A stretch of DNA of 64,000 bases, from positions 896,001-960,000 of the forward strand of contig CAWGMQ010000010.1 in assembly GCA_963823665.1 (NCBI GenBank). The letters are read 5' to 3'. This document shows, one piece after another, positions 29,394 through 40,800 of the stretch. The translations under genes and the position numbers were made by a program. Within the stretch, counting starts at the first letter, position 1. The number at the start of each line of letters is the position of its first letter. Origin of the DNA: an uncultured Planctomycetota bacterium (GTDB lineage Bacteria; Planctomycetota; Planctomycetia; Isosphaerales; Isosphaeraceae). The notes beneath the pieces were generated by a model that had not been told where the DNA came from, made no database searches, and was given only the letters and a program-made list of their open reading frames with translations.

Positions 29394-30124
29394 GTCGGAA
29401 GAGCAAGTGCTTCGAGCAACGCGCCAATCTCATCATCGATCTCAGCCGGGTCGGCAACGGTGCGGCCGATCTCATCGCGGAGCCGCTCGCGGTAGCGGCC
29501 GCGAATCCGGTGCGCGGCCATTTTGACCGCACCTTCGGAGAGACCCAGCTCCAGCGCGATCGCCTTGTACGATGCCATCTCCTCCTGGCCCAGCAAGCCC
29601 GGTCGCAGCCGATCGTATAGCGGATTCTTCTCCGGAGCCGCCATCTCGGCGTCGAGGCCAGCAACGACGTGGTCCAGGAGCGTCAAGGCCCATCGCCGAT
29701 TAAAGAGCCGCTCGGCGGTCAAATTGTGCGCCGGCTCGCCGCCGAATCGCGTCTCCGCGTTCATCGCATCGACTGAGACGAACGAACGCCCGCCGCCCCG
29801 TTTGACCGCCCGTTCCCGTGCGTGGGCCTTGGCCAGGAAATGCACGGTGCAAGCCATCAAGAACGAGCGGAACCGCCCGCGCTCTTGCTTCAGCTCGAGA
29901 AGCTCACCGCGTTCCAGCAAATCCGCGAACAGTCCTTGAACCAGGTCTTGCGCCGTCTCCGGGTCGTGCCCCTTGCGGCGAATGAACGCATAGAGAGGAT
30001 ACCAGTAGTCGCCGCAAAGCTGCTCGAGCGCACTGCGAGCCCCGGGTGCCGCGGGGTCACTTGCCAGCAGAATTCGCCCCCAGCAAGTCGTCGGGAAACC
30101 AGACACGAATGAGTCGCCAGGCAC
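29390..30124 (-). CDS. ECF-type RNA polymerase sigma factor (kinase-associated planctomycete type)
   Basis: FPTTCW, YWYPLYAFIRR, AQDLVQ, RGRFRSFL and SYKAIALELGLSEGAVKMAAHRIR; GTG start 1 bp after the upstream kinase stop. Confidence 0.93.
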   Translation of the reverse strand: MPGDSFVSGFPTTCWGRILLASDPAAPGARSALEQLCGDYWYPLYAFIRRKGHDPETAQDLVQGLFADLLERGELLELKQERGRFRSFLMACTVHFLAKAHARERAVKRGGGRSFVSVDAMNAETRFGGEPAHNLTAERLFNRRWALTLLDHVVAGLDAEMAAPEKNPLYDRLRPGLLGQEEMASYKAIALELGLSEGAVKMAAHRIRGRYRERLRDEIGRTVADPAEIDDEIGALLEALALPT

Positions 30125-30125
30125 G

Positions 30126-33017
30126 TCAGTGCCCTTTTTCAGTGTTTTTTCGCATCTCTTCAATCAACCCCCGGAATCGCGGATCGGAGTGCACGGTCTC
30201 CAGATCGGGTTCGATTTCAAGCGTGTAGGCGTCATTCCAGCCGGCTTCCTTGGCCTTCTGCAGACTGGCAATCGCCGAGGACGTGTAGCGCTCGGCAAGT
30301 GCCTTGTCATTGCCCACGCAGCCCGCGGCAATCGAGTAGCCGCATGCGGCCTGATAATAGAAGTTCTCATTGGTCGGCGGTGTGGCGGCCAGCACGTCGG
30401 CGATCTTGGCGGCCTCGGCGTGCTCGCCGCACCGCGCCAGAGCGACCATCAGATCGACTTGGGGATACTTGGCCCCTTTCTCGTCCACCATCGACTTTCG
30501 CAGCTCCAGACACCGGCGGTATTCCGCCGCGGCCCCGGCTAGGTCGCCCGAGTGCAGAGCGCACGTTGCATCATAATAGAGCGTTCTCGCGAGCGCGGCT
30601 TTGGTTTCAAGGTTCGAAGGATCGATTTTCACTCGCGCTTCGATCAGATCGAGGGCCTTGCGGTGATACACCCGAGCGGCAGCCGGCTCCGCGCCCTGGG
30701 GATAGCGCAGCATCGCGGCGTTGTTACAGGAAAGGGCCAGGTCGTAGATGCACTGCCACTCGCCAGGGTGTCGCGCCAGGACCTGCTGGCGAATCTCGGT
30801 CGAGCGGTCGTAGCACCGCCGGCCTTCGTCGGACTGGTTCATTCGAATCTTCAAATCACCGAGCTGTTCGTACATGCCGGCAAGCTGCCGGCGCACTTCG
30901 TCGTTCTCCGCGAAGAACAGAGAAAACGACTGGCGAATTGCCTCTTCCTCTGCAAACAAATCGCGTGCTGCCGTCAGATGGCCCAGTTGCTTCTCCGACA
31001 TGGCAAGCTGCCCGAGCGAATTGGCCAGGTCGATCTTGTAGCGGTCGTTGTCGGATTGCTTCTTCACGCACGCCCGATCGATCTCGATCGCTTGCCGAAA
31101 ATAGCTTTGAGCCGTCGCCGTGTCGCCAAGTCGAGTCATCGCGATGAAGCCGAGCTGGCGCCGGCTCTTTGCCAGCATGATCTGCCGATCCAGGTTCTCG
31201 GGATTGTCCCGAACACGCGTTTCGATCAATATATCCATGCGCTTGAGTTGATCCATCGCATCCTTGAACCGGTTGTTCGTAAGACTCAGCTCGGCAAGGC
31301 GCTGATGAGCGCGCGCGAGCGATCTCCAGTTGTTGTCTTCGGCCTTCGGGTCCCAGCCAATGTCCTTGCGCAGGCTGGTCATCGCCTGTGCGGCGGCGTC
31401 CAGGTTGGCGATGGTTCCGTCGAGCACCTCCTTCCGCAAGTCCTCGAGTGCCGGCACGTATCTCAGCTTGTCCTCGAGACTCGACAATAGCGCCATCTCC
31501 GCCTCCACCGACTTGCGGTTCTGTTCGTTGGCCGCCCAGGCCGCCCGTTCGGCGAGCTTCTGCTTGGCCTCGGCCTCTTTTCGTCGCTCTTCAGCCTGGT
31601 TCTTGGCGATACCGAGCGCGACGTTGGCTTCACCGAGCGCCGTATTGGTGTTGATCAGTTCCTGGTTCTGGCGGCCGATGATCACGGCCGACGTCGTACC
31701 ACCGGCGGCGGCAATCAAGAGCAGCCCGGCCGCCGTGGCTGACAAGGTGGCAACCACCTTGTTCCGCAAGCACCACCGCCACAGTCGCTCCGGTTTCGAG
31801 ATCGGCCGCGCCACGATCGGCTCGCTCGCCTCGAAACGGCGCAGGTCTTCGGCCATCGCGGCCACATCGGCATACCTCTTTGCCGGGTCCTTCTCCAGGC
31901 ACTTCAAGCAGATCGTTTCCAGGTCGCGGGGAATCTTCGTTTGGAGCTGTGACGGGGGAACCGGCTCCTTCTTCCTGACCTGGTCGAGCGTGTCCATCAC
32001 CGACGTCCCCTGGAACGGCGGGCGCCCGGTCAACAGCTCGTAGAGAATGGCGCCCAGCGCATACTGGTCCGCGGGCGGTCCAATTTGATGCGTCTGTCCA
32101 TTGGCTTGCTCGGGCGACATGTAGCTCGGTGTGCCCAGAATCGCACCGGTGCGGGTCTGGCTCGAGTCATCCTCGAGCCGCTTCACCAGCCCGAAGTCCG
32201 TGACTTTGAATGTGCCGTCATGCGCGATCAACACATTGGCCGGCTTGAGGTCGCGGTGGATGATTCCGCGCTTGTGCGCCACTTCCATGCCGGCCGCCAG
32301 GGATGAGACGATTCGCGCGGCTTCGGCCGGAGGTTGAGGTTTGCCGCCGATCAGTCTGGCCAGGCTGCCGCCGGAAAGATACTCGAGCGAGCAGAACGGC
32401 ATGCCACCATGCTCGCCAATCTCGAAAATGCGCACGATGTTCGGGTGCTCGATCGCCGCGACGGCCTGCGCTTCCGCCTCGAATCGGGCCAGGTCCTGCG
32501 GCCGGGCACCAGCGCCCGCCCGGATCATCTTGAGCGCGACGAACCGGCCCAGGCGATCCTGTTTCGCCTTGAACACGATTCCCATCCCGCCTTCGCCCAG
32601 GACTCCCAGAATCTCGTAGCCCGCGACCTTCGGGCGAATCCGCTCGGGTTGTTCGGCCCCCGGCGGGAGCGTGCGCTCGGTGTCGTCCGCGTCGGAGTGA
32701 AGCGAAAACGAAAGCGTGTTGCCGCGGTCGCCGGAGGGGGGAGTGTCGAGAGTTGCCGCGCCGGCTTTGGGTGGCTGAGTGGCTTCCTCGAAACCAAGAT
32801 CATCACGCGAGATCGTCTGCCCCGCAGTTGGCCCGGGCGACACGTTGCCGGCTCCGGAATGCTCCGTATCTGGCAGCGGCGGAATGAGGCCGGTCTCGTG
32901 CGCCGCGCTTGCGCTCCGCTCACGCTGCGTCGCCCCACCACGAGCGGCGTCTGGCGCAGTCGGCGCCAGGTCCGCTGTTTGCTGTAAGTCCGTAGGGTCA
33001 GGCTGAGTTTTCTTCAT
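30126..33017 (-). CDS. Membrane Ser/Thr protein kinase with TPR-like C-terminus
   Basis: LGEGGMG, VALK, HRDLKPAN, DFGL and GTPSYMSPE; a TM segment; ATG 33017 overlaps the GT4 stop (ATGA). Confidence 0.96.
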   Translation of the reverse strand: MKKTQPDPTDLQQTADLAPTAPDAARGGATQRERSASAAHETGLIPPLPDTEHSGAGNVSPGPTAGQTISRDDLGFEEATQPPKAGAATLDTPPSGDRGNTLSFSLHSDADDTERTLPPGAEQPERIRPKVAGYEILGVLGEGGMGIVFKAKQDRLGRFVALKMIRAGAGARPQDLARFEAEAQAVAAIEHPNIVRIFEIGEHGGMPFCSLEYLSGGSLARLIGGKPQPPAEAARIVSSLAAGMEVAHKRGIIHRDLKPANVLIAHDGTFKVTDFGLVKRLEDDSSQTRTGAILGTPSYMSPEQANGQTHQIGPPADQYALGAILYELLTGRPPFQGTSVMDTLDQVRKKEPVPPSQLQTKIPRDLETICLKCLEKDPAKRYADVAAMAEDLRRFEASEPIVARPISKPERLWRWCLRNKVVATLSATAAGLLLIAAAGGTTSAVIIGRQNQELINTNTALGEANVALGIAKNQAEERRKEAEAKQKLAERAAWAANEQNRKSVEAEMALLSSLEDKLRYVPALEDLRKEVLDGTIANLDAAAQAMTSLRKDIGWDPKAEDNNWRSLARAHQRLAELSLTNNRFKDAMDQLKRMDILIETRVRDNPENLDRQIMLAKSRRQLGFIAMTRLGDTATAQSYFRQAIEIDRACVKKQSDNDRYKIDLANSLGQLAMSEKQLGHLTAARDLFAEEEAIRQSFSLFFAENDEVRRQLAGMYEQLGDLKIRMNQSDEGRRCYDRSTEIRQQVLARHPGEWQCIYDLALSCNNAAMLRYPQGAEPAAARVYHRKALDLIEARVKIDPSNLETKAALARTLYYDATCALHSGDLAGAAAEYRRCLELRKSMVDEKGAKYPQVDLMVALARCGEHAEAAKIADVLAATPPTNENFYYQAACGYSIAAGCVGNDKALAERYTSSAIASLQKAKEAGWNDAYTLEIEPDLETVHSDPRFRGLIEEMRKNTEKGH

Positions 33018-34759
33018 CGAGCTGGCCCCTCCACCGGGCGGTCCCCAAAATCCGCACGAAGTAGATCGTACTTGAGCATCCACGCAACTGTCGACCGGCC
33101 AAGTCCCTTTTCGACGCCGCACTGAAACCAATATCGGTCGAAGTCTTCGATCGAGCAAGGAGCAAGCGAAAGCGCCCCGCGAATGACCTCCGGATCGCTC
33201 ACCCGCCGGTGCGGTGCGTGGTTCGCCAGCGGCATGCCGAGCAGTGAATCGATCATGCCCGAAGCTCCTGGTGAGGGACTCATACGATCGTTCTCGCCCA
33301 GGCAACGAGTTGGGTAGCCGGCAAACGCCGTTTCGGGAGACGGGTAAGCCGCCGGACCCGCCGTGCCTCGCCACCGGGCTCGGCCCGCGTCCAGCCGCGC
33401 AGCCCGCAGGCGCTCCTCATTCTGACGGCGCCACAGGCCTTCATAAGCTCCGATCACCTTCGCCCACGAGAAATGCTCTCTCGCGCGCGTGCAGCCCGCA
33501 ACTCCCATGCGCAAGCGGAGATCCTGGTCGCTCACAAGCCGTGTGAGTGCGGCGGCCATCGCGGGAACGTCAACCGCGGTCGCCTGGCTGATCTCCGCGA
33601 GGAAATGGTCGTAGTTCAGCTCGCCGGTCAAGAGCCGGGCCGTGGCGCCGGCCGTGGCCTCACCGACCATTGCCGTCGGCACCAGAAACCCGGTTCGGCC
33701 GTCTTCGACCAGATCGCGGTAACCGTTCCAGTCGGAGGCGACGACCGGCAGGCCGCTCGCCATCGCCTCGATGACTGACAGGCCGAACGTCTCCTGGATG
33801 TTGTCCGACGGAGAAATGAATACGTCCGCCGCGTGCCAGACCCCCCGGCGTACGCGCGCATCCCGTCCGTCCAGGAACGACGTGCTCACATTCGGCGCGA
33901 GGCCCACCGCCCCAGATTTGAAAGCATCGAGCACTGCCGGATGCGCCGCCCAGCCCGCCAGGATCAAATGCACTTTCCGGCCCGACGCACGCACCGCGTC
34001 CGCCACACTTCGAAACATCGGAAATGGATGCGCTTTCGCGTGGTGCGAAATCCGTCCGACGTAAAGCACGGCCACCTCGTCGTCTTTGACACCCATCGAC
34101 TCCCTGGCCGCCGCTCGCTCCGCTGGACTCGCGGGCGTGTATCGATCGACGTCGACTCCCAGCGGAATCACCACTTCCATCGGAGCCGCTCTCTTGAATC
34201 CGGAGGGCGCAAGTTGACCGAACCGTTCCAGCAGATACTCCGAATACGCGGTGGTCACTTCTCGAACCATCGCCAGAACTGCGCGCGACGTGCAGACAAG
34301 TGCGTCATACGGCTCGAACGGCGCGGTGACCATGGCCCGAAGGAGCCTGACGGCCTCGGCCGAGCACAGCGTGTGCGTGACTCCCGTGAGCGAAAAGCCG
34401 TGCGGGCGCGCCTGCTGCCGAAGCCACGCGAGCGCAGGGTCGCTCGGCTGGGGGAAATGCAAGACTTCCGGCGCCCTTCCCTTTTGCAAAGTCTCGTACA
34501 GCTCGCCTCTGCCGATCAGCCGCAGGGTGCGACCAGGCTCCGCCGGCCTCGCCCGGTCGCGCCACGACTGCACCAGCGTTGCGGCGGAGTCACGCGTCCG
34601 GACAAGCGCCGCCATCTCGGAAAACGTGCCGTGCGTCAAGTACGCATCCAGAAACGATCGTCCGGCAACCTGCCGGCCCATCAGGCCGATCGCGGCGCCC
34701 CCCGCCTCGACATAGGCATCGTCATCATAGACCAGCGCGACAACCGGCTGCGCACCCAC
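33014..34759 (-). CDS. Glycosyltransferase family 4 (GT-B)
   Basis: VIPLGVD, VLYVGR and ADVFISPSDNIQETFGLSVIEAMASGLPVVASDW (E-x7-E motif). Confidence 0.93.
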   Translation of the reverse strand: MGAQPVVALVYDDDAYVEAGGAAIGLMGRQVAGRSFLDAYLTHGTFSEMAALVRTRDSAATLVQSWRDRARPAEPGRTLRLIGRGELYETLQKGRAPEVLHFPQPSDPALAWLRQQARPHGFSLTGVTHTLCSAEAVRLLRAMVTAPFEPYDALVCTSRAVLAMVREVTTAYSEYLLERFGQLAPSGFKRAAPMEVVIPLGVDVDRYTPASPAERAAARESMGVKDDEVAVLYVGRISHHAKAHPFPMFRSVADAVRASGRKVHLILAGWAAHPAVLDAFKSGAVGLAPNVSTSFLDGRDARVRRGVWHAADVFISPSDNIQETFGLSVIEAMASGLPVVASDWNGYRDLVEDGRTGFLVPTAMVGEATAGATARLLTGELNYDHFLAEISQATAVDVPAMAAALTRLVSDQDLRLRMGVAGCTRAREHFSWAKVIGAYEGLWRRQNEERLRAARLDAGRARWRGTAGPAAYPSPETAFAGYPTRCLGENDRMSPSPGASGMIDSLLGMPLANHAPHRRVSDPEVIRGALSLAPCSIEDFDRYWFQCGVEKGLGRSTVAWMLKYDLLRADFGDRPVEGPAR

Positions 34760-34824
34760 GGAAAACTTTCGTCAAGAATGGTAAGAGATTGGAAACCGCC
34801 GCTCTCTTGCAACCTCCCCGCATT

Positions 34825-37800
34825 CTAACGTCCCCGCTGCCGGCGCCCGAAGGGTAAGCGGGCGGAAATCCTCCGAGCGGCTGACTTCCCGCCCAGGAGC
34901 AACCCCGCGCCGAAGCCGCAAAAGCCCCCAACCAGGAAGATCTCTGCAGGATCCTTGGACGGCTGCTCCTGAGGCCGGTCAGGTTCCCTTGACCCCAACG
35001 GGCCCGCCGGCGCCTTGGCCAACCCGGCTGCACCTTCCGGGCCGGCAACGAATTTCGGACGAACACCATTCAGCCAGGAAACCGCAACTCTCGGAGCCTC
35101 GACCGATGATGCTGCCGTGTGCGCCGCGGGAGCGACCAATCCAGCGGCTAGCTCGTCCAGATCCGAATCGAGCTCTCGGGCGGTGGAGAGCGCCGCGGCA
35201 AAGAGCGCCGAGCGATCGCAGGCATTGGCAAGATCACGCGCGAACTGCGGCAGTGATCCCGTTCGGTTGATGCTGGACTGCGGAACCACATGGCTCGAGC
35301 GCTCTGCCTGCGGTACCGCCGCAACCGACGGCCCGGCGAAGGCGAAGCTCTGAGTGTTTGCTCCGGCGGCAAACGGCGCGAAGATCAGGACCGTTGCGTT
35401 TGAAGCCGCCACCGCGGTGTGCTCGCTCACCACCGTCGTCACCGTCTGATCCTGGAACGAGGCCGAGCCGGCGCCCTGATTCGCAAGCGGCGCGTGGCCC
35501 TGTCCCGCGGCTGTGATGGTGAGGGAATCAAAGACGTTGATGACATCCGTCTCGGAGCCTTCACCGGACACCTGGCCGTCCAGGGTCGCGTCTTGTAGTG
35601 GGCCGACCTTCGCTCCGGAGTACGCCGTGCCTGCGCCCTGATACGCCACCAGGTCCGAAACAAGCAGGTTCGCGATCGGCGTGCCCAGACCGGTCACCAG
35701 GTTGTATCCTGATTCCGCATCGTATCCGTTGTTGCCGCTAGTGATGACGTTGTAATCGCTCTGCGGCAGACTGTAGAGGGCTTGTTGCACCTCGGTGGGG
35801 CTCGTGCTGTTCAAAACCGGTTGCCCGGCAACTTCCCGGCCCTGATTCACGAGTGCCAGCAAGCCGGCCCACGCAGGCGCCGACAAGCTGGTGCCGCCCA
35901 CGACCTCGAACGGGCTCGACGAGTCCGCCAGGTTGTAAGGATCCGCGATCCACGCACCCGTGGCCGGGTCTGCGACTAACGAAACATCGGGAGTGGTCCG
36001 GCCACCTGTTGCCTGGACTCCCTGCTGGTACGAAGGCTCGGGCTCGAACTGGCTGATCCCGCCTCCGGACCCGATCACCGTGCCCTGCGAGCCCGAGACG
36101 TTGCCCCAGCCGAGCTCATGATCGTAGGCCCCGAGATTGTTCAGATCGAGCGTCGTACCGCCGACCGCCAGCACATTCGGCGAGTACGCGGGATATTCCG
36201 GATCGGCAGCTCCGTAATCTCCCGTGCTCGCCACGAAGCTGACTCCGGGAACGTCGAGCATCGCGTCGTACGTGGCTTCGTCGCTCGCCGAGACACTCTG
36301 CCCTTCCGCGAAGCCCCAGCTCATCGAAACGACCGACACCCCCGGCTGGCCCGCCGCGGTGGCCACGGCCGCCATCAGGTCGGAAAGCGACTGGCTGTTG
36401 GCCTCCACCAGCACGATCTTCGCGCCCGGTGCGATGGCATGCGCCCATTCCACGTCCAGCGATTCCTCGACCTCCCAGTTGTCCGTTCCCGGGCCGTTGG
36501 GATCAGATGCCGGCAGCGATGTGCTCTGGCCGTCCTGCCCGATCACCGTCAAGAACGATGACGCCGGCCCGTACTGGTCGTAAAGCGACGGTCCCGAATC
36601 AGTGAGCCCGAACTGCGTGTCAAACGCATCGACCGCCGGGTAGATGTCTGGGTTGTCATAGGCGTCGACCAGGGCAATTGTCTGCCCGCTGCCATCGGTC
36701 GTGAGGCTGCTCACGCCGTACGCCGACCGAACCTGTGCGGGGCTGTACGCCACGGCTCCGTCTGGCGCCGACAGAGTGGCCACGTTCGTGATCGCATTAC
36801 CGCTGAGCGTGATCGTGTCGACGATGATCGACGCATTCAACTGGGCATCGCCGCTCTCGACTAGCCCGGCCGACGGAGCATAAATCGTGCCCGAAACCCC
36901 TGCCATCGCATTACCGCTGTAGGTGAGCACGTGCGTGTTGGCGGCAGGCTGGATGAAGAGCAGGTTCGCATATGTGCCCGTCGTTGCCGGAGTCAGCTTG
37001 AACGTGCCGTTGCCGCTCAAGGTGATGGCTCCCGAAGTACCGCCGCTCGAGGGGAACGCGCTGTTGGTGTTGTAGATCGTCACTCCCGTGCCGGTGACAC
37101 TCGCATTTCCGGAAACGGAGAAGCCTCCGCCTGTGATGATGTAGATGCCGGCGCTCATGGTCAGGCTGGCGTTGCCCGAGACAGCGATCGCGCTATAGAT
37201 ACCTGACTTGATCGTAGCCGTCGAGTTGCCGCTCAAACTGTACGAGCCGTAATTCGTCAGGCCCGTCTCACTCGGCACAGCGAGCCCTGAGAGCGGATCA
37301 TTCACGACGGCCGCTTTCGTCACCGCCGCCGGAGAGAAGCTCGCGTTGCCGCTCTTCGAGACGCTGCCATGCACGTCGATCACCGCCGCGTTGATCGCGG
37401 CGTTTCCACTGGCCAGAATTGCGCTGGACGAGCTGGAATCGACATACACCCCGCCCGTCAATTTGATGCTGGCGTTCCCTGAAATGCTGAGGGCTCCGCC
37501 GGCCGTGGGGTCCAGCACGATGAGCGACTGACCCATCGTGATCGTACTCGTCGCCGCGCTGCTCGTCAGGAAGTTCGAGTCGCCCGAATAAGTGACGGTG
37601 ATCGCGTGAGTACCCGATGACAACGCCGTTGTGCTGAGTGAGGCAGCTCCGCCTGAGAGAGCGACCGAGCCCAGGTCAACACTGGTCGTGGTGTCGAAGA
37701 AATCAACACTGCCGGTCGGAGTGCCCGAGCCGGGAGCGTTCGCCGTGACGGTCGCTGTGATCGTGACCGTCTGCCCAATGGAGCCGCTGGTTGTCGACGT

Positions 37801-40800
37801 CGTGGCCGCCGTGGTGGTCGTATCCTTGTTGATCGTGAGCGTGCCGGCAACATACGTGAACGAGTAATTGGGATCAACCGCCCCGCTCACGGTGATCGCG
37901 TAGGTTCCGACCGGGCTGGTGATCGTGGCCGTTGTCGACGCGGTTGGCAAGGTTGTGAGACTGCTCGAACTCTCGCCGGTCACGAAGCCAGAATAGCTCA
38001 CATTCGGAGCCGGGTTGGCCTGCCCGTAGACCTTGGACGCGTTATTGGCGGTGATGGTCAGCGGGGCGGTATTGACCGTCAGGGTGCCGTTCTTGTAGGT
38101 GATGCTGTAATTGGAGAGTCCCGAGCCGGTGGCGGCGCTGGGGGTGATGGTCCAGGGTGTGGCGCTGTAGTTGTAATTTCCGGAGCTGCTGAGCGTGGCG
38201 TTGGTGGAGAGCGTGACGCCGCTGATCGAGTCGCCGGAAATCAGGCCGGACTCGGTGAAGCCGGTGGTGCCGCTCAGGCTCACACTGCCGTAAGTGCCGG
38301 AGACGTTGTTGGCGGTGATGGCCAGCGGTGCGGCGATGATCTTGCCGTTCGAGTCGGAGAGCGAACTGGTCGTGAGGTTGTAGTCACCCGAGTCGACGCC
38401 GCCCAGGACCAGGTTGGTGTAGGTGACCGTCTTGCCGCTGCCGACATTCTTATTGTTGTAATTGCCGGTCGCGGAGAGCGTCACGACGTCGCCGGAGACC
38501 GGGGTGGACAGGGTGTAATCGCTGCCCAGGGTTGCGGTGGTGGTGCCGTCGTAGGTCTTCTGCTCGACGGCTCCGTTGAGCGCGGCGGTGATGCTGAGCT
38601 TGCTGATAGTGAGGCCGACCGGAGCGGCGTCATAGGTGATGCTGTAATTGGTGAGCCCCGAGCCGGTCGCAGCGCTGGGCGTGATGGTCCAGGGGGTGGC
38701 GCTGTAGTTATAGTTTCCTGAGCTGCTGAGCGTGGCATTGGTGGTCAAGATGACACCGCTGATCGAGTCGCCCGAGACGAGGCCAGACTCGGTGAAGCCG
38801 GTCGTGCCGTTCAAGCTCACGCTGCCATACGTGCCGGAGACGTTGTTGGCGGTGATGGCCAGCGGTGCGGCGATGATCTTGCCGTTCGAGTCGGAGAGCG
38901 AACTGGTCGTGAGGTTGTAGTCGCCCGAGTCGACGCCGCCCAGGATGAGGTTGGTGTAAGTGACCGTCTTGCCGCTGCCGACATTCTTATTGTTGTAATT
39001 GCCGGTCGCGGAGAGCGTCACGACGTCGCCGGTGACCGGGGCGGACAGGGTGTAATCGCTGCCCAGGGTTGCAGTGGTGGTGCCGTCGTAGGTCTTCTGC
39101 TCGACGGCTCCGTTGAGCGCGGCGGTGATGTTGAGCTTGCTGACGGTGAGGCCGTTCGGGGCGGTGTCATAGGTGATGCTGTAATTGGTGAGTCCCGAGC
39201 CGGTGGCGTCGCTGGGGGTGATGGTCCATTGCGTGGCGCTGTAGTTGTAATTTCCGGAGCTGCTGACCGTGGCGTTGGTGCTCAGCACGACGCTGCTGAT
39301 CGAGTCGCCGCTGACGAGGCCGGACTCGGTGAAGCCGGTGGTGCCGCTCAGGCTCACGCTGCCGTAAGTGCCGGAGACGTTCTTGGCCGTGATGGTGAGC
39401 GCGGCGGTGTCGATCTTGCCATGGGCGTCAGAGAGCGAAGTGTTGGTGAGGTTGTAGTCGCCGGCGTCGAGTCCGCCCAGGGCCAGATTGGTGTAGGTGA
39501 CGGTCTTGCCGCTGCCGGCATTCTTGGTGTCGTAATTGCCGGTGGCCGACATTGTCACGAAGTCGCCGGCGACCGGAGTGGAGAGGGTGTAATCATTGCC
39601 CAGAGCGGCGCTGGTGGTGCCGTCATAGGTCTTCTCCTCGACCGCTCCGTTGAGCGCAGCGGTGATGTTGAGCTTGCTGATGGTGAGGCCCGTCGCGGCG
39701 TTGGCATAGACGATGGTGTAATTGGAGAGTCCCGAGCCGGTGGCGTTGCTGGGGGTGATGGTCAAGGGGGTGGCGCTGTAGTTGTAATTTCCGGAGCTGC
39801 TGAGCGTCGCGTTGGTGGTCAGCGTGACGGCGCTGATCGAGTCGCCGCTGACGAGGCCGGACTCGGTGAAGCCGGTGGTGCCGCTCAGGCTCACGCTGCC
39901 GTAAGTGCCGGAGACGTTCTTGGCCGTGATGGTGAGCGCGGCGGTGTCGATCTTGCCATGGGCGTCGGAGAGCGAAGTGTTGGTGAGGTTATAGTCGCCG
40001 GCGTCGAGTCCGCCCAGGGCCAGGTTGGTGTAGGTGACGGTCTTGCCGCTGCCGGCATTCTGGGTGTCGTAAGTGCCGGTGGCCGACAGCGTGACGACGT
40101 CGTCGGTGACCAGAGTGGAGAGGGTGTAATCATTGCCCAAGGCGGCGCTGGTGGTGCCGTCATAGGTCTTCTCCTCGACGGCTCCGTTAAGCGCGGCGGT
40201 GATGTTGAGCTTGCTGATAGTGAGGCCGTTCGGGGCGGTGTCATAGGTGATGCTGTAATTGGTGAGTCCCGAGCCGGTAGCGTTGCTGGGGGTGATGGTC
40301 AAGGGGGTGGCGCTGTAGTTGTAATTTCCGGAGCTGCTGAGCGTCGCGTTGGTGGTCAGCGTGACGGCGCTGATCGAGTCGCCGCTGACGAGGCCGGACT
40401 CGGTGAAGCCGGTGGTGCCGCTCAGGCTCACGCTGCCGTAAGTGCCGGAGACGTTCTTGGCCGTGATGGTGAGCGCGGCGGTGTCGATCTTGCCATGGGC
40501 GTCAGAGAGCGAAGTGTTGGTGAGGTTGTAGTCGCCGGCGTCGAGTCCGCCCAGGGCCAGATTGGTGTAGGTGACGGTCTTGCCGCTGCCGGCATTCTTG
40601 GTGTCGTAATTGCCGGTGGCCGACATTGTCACGAAGTCGCCGGCGACCGGAGTGGAGAGGGTGTAATCATTGCCCAGAGCGGCGCTGGTGGTGCCGTCAT
40701 AGGTCTTCTCCTCGACCGCTCCGTTGAGCGCAGCGGTGATGTTGAGCTTGCTGATGGTGAGGCCCGTCGCGGCGTTGGCATAGACGATGGTGTAATTGGA

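Noticed and set aside
33018..33374. N-terminal extension of kinase 1 in the ORF track
   Set aside because: It overlaps the GT4 coding end; ATG 33017 with an ATGA overlap is more plausible.
182..33861. Numerous Arg/Pro/Ala-rich overlapping ORFs (for example 2730-3518, 4730-5659, 11169-12119, 12739-13806, 13879-15039)
   Set aside because: They are off-frame or antisense shadows of well-supported genes, as expected in high-GC DNA.
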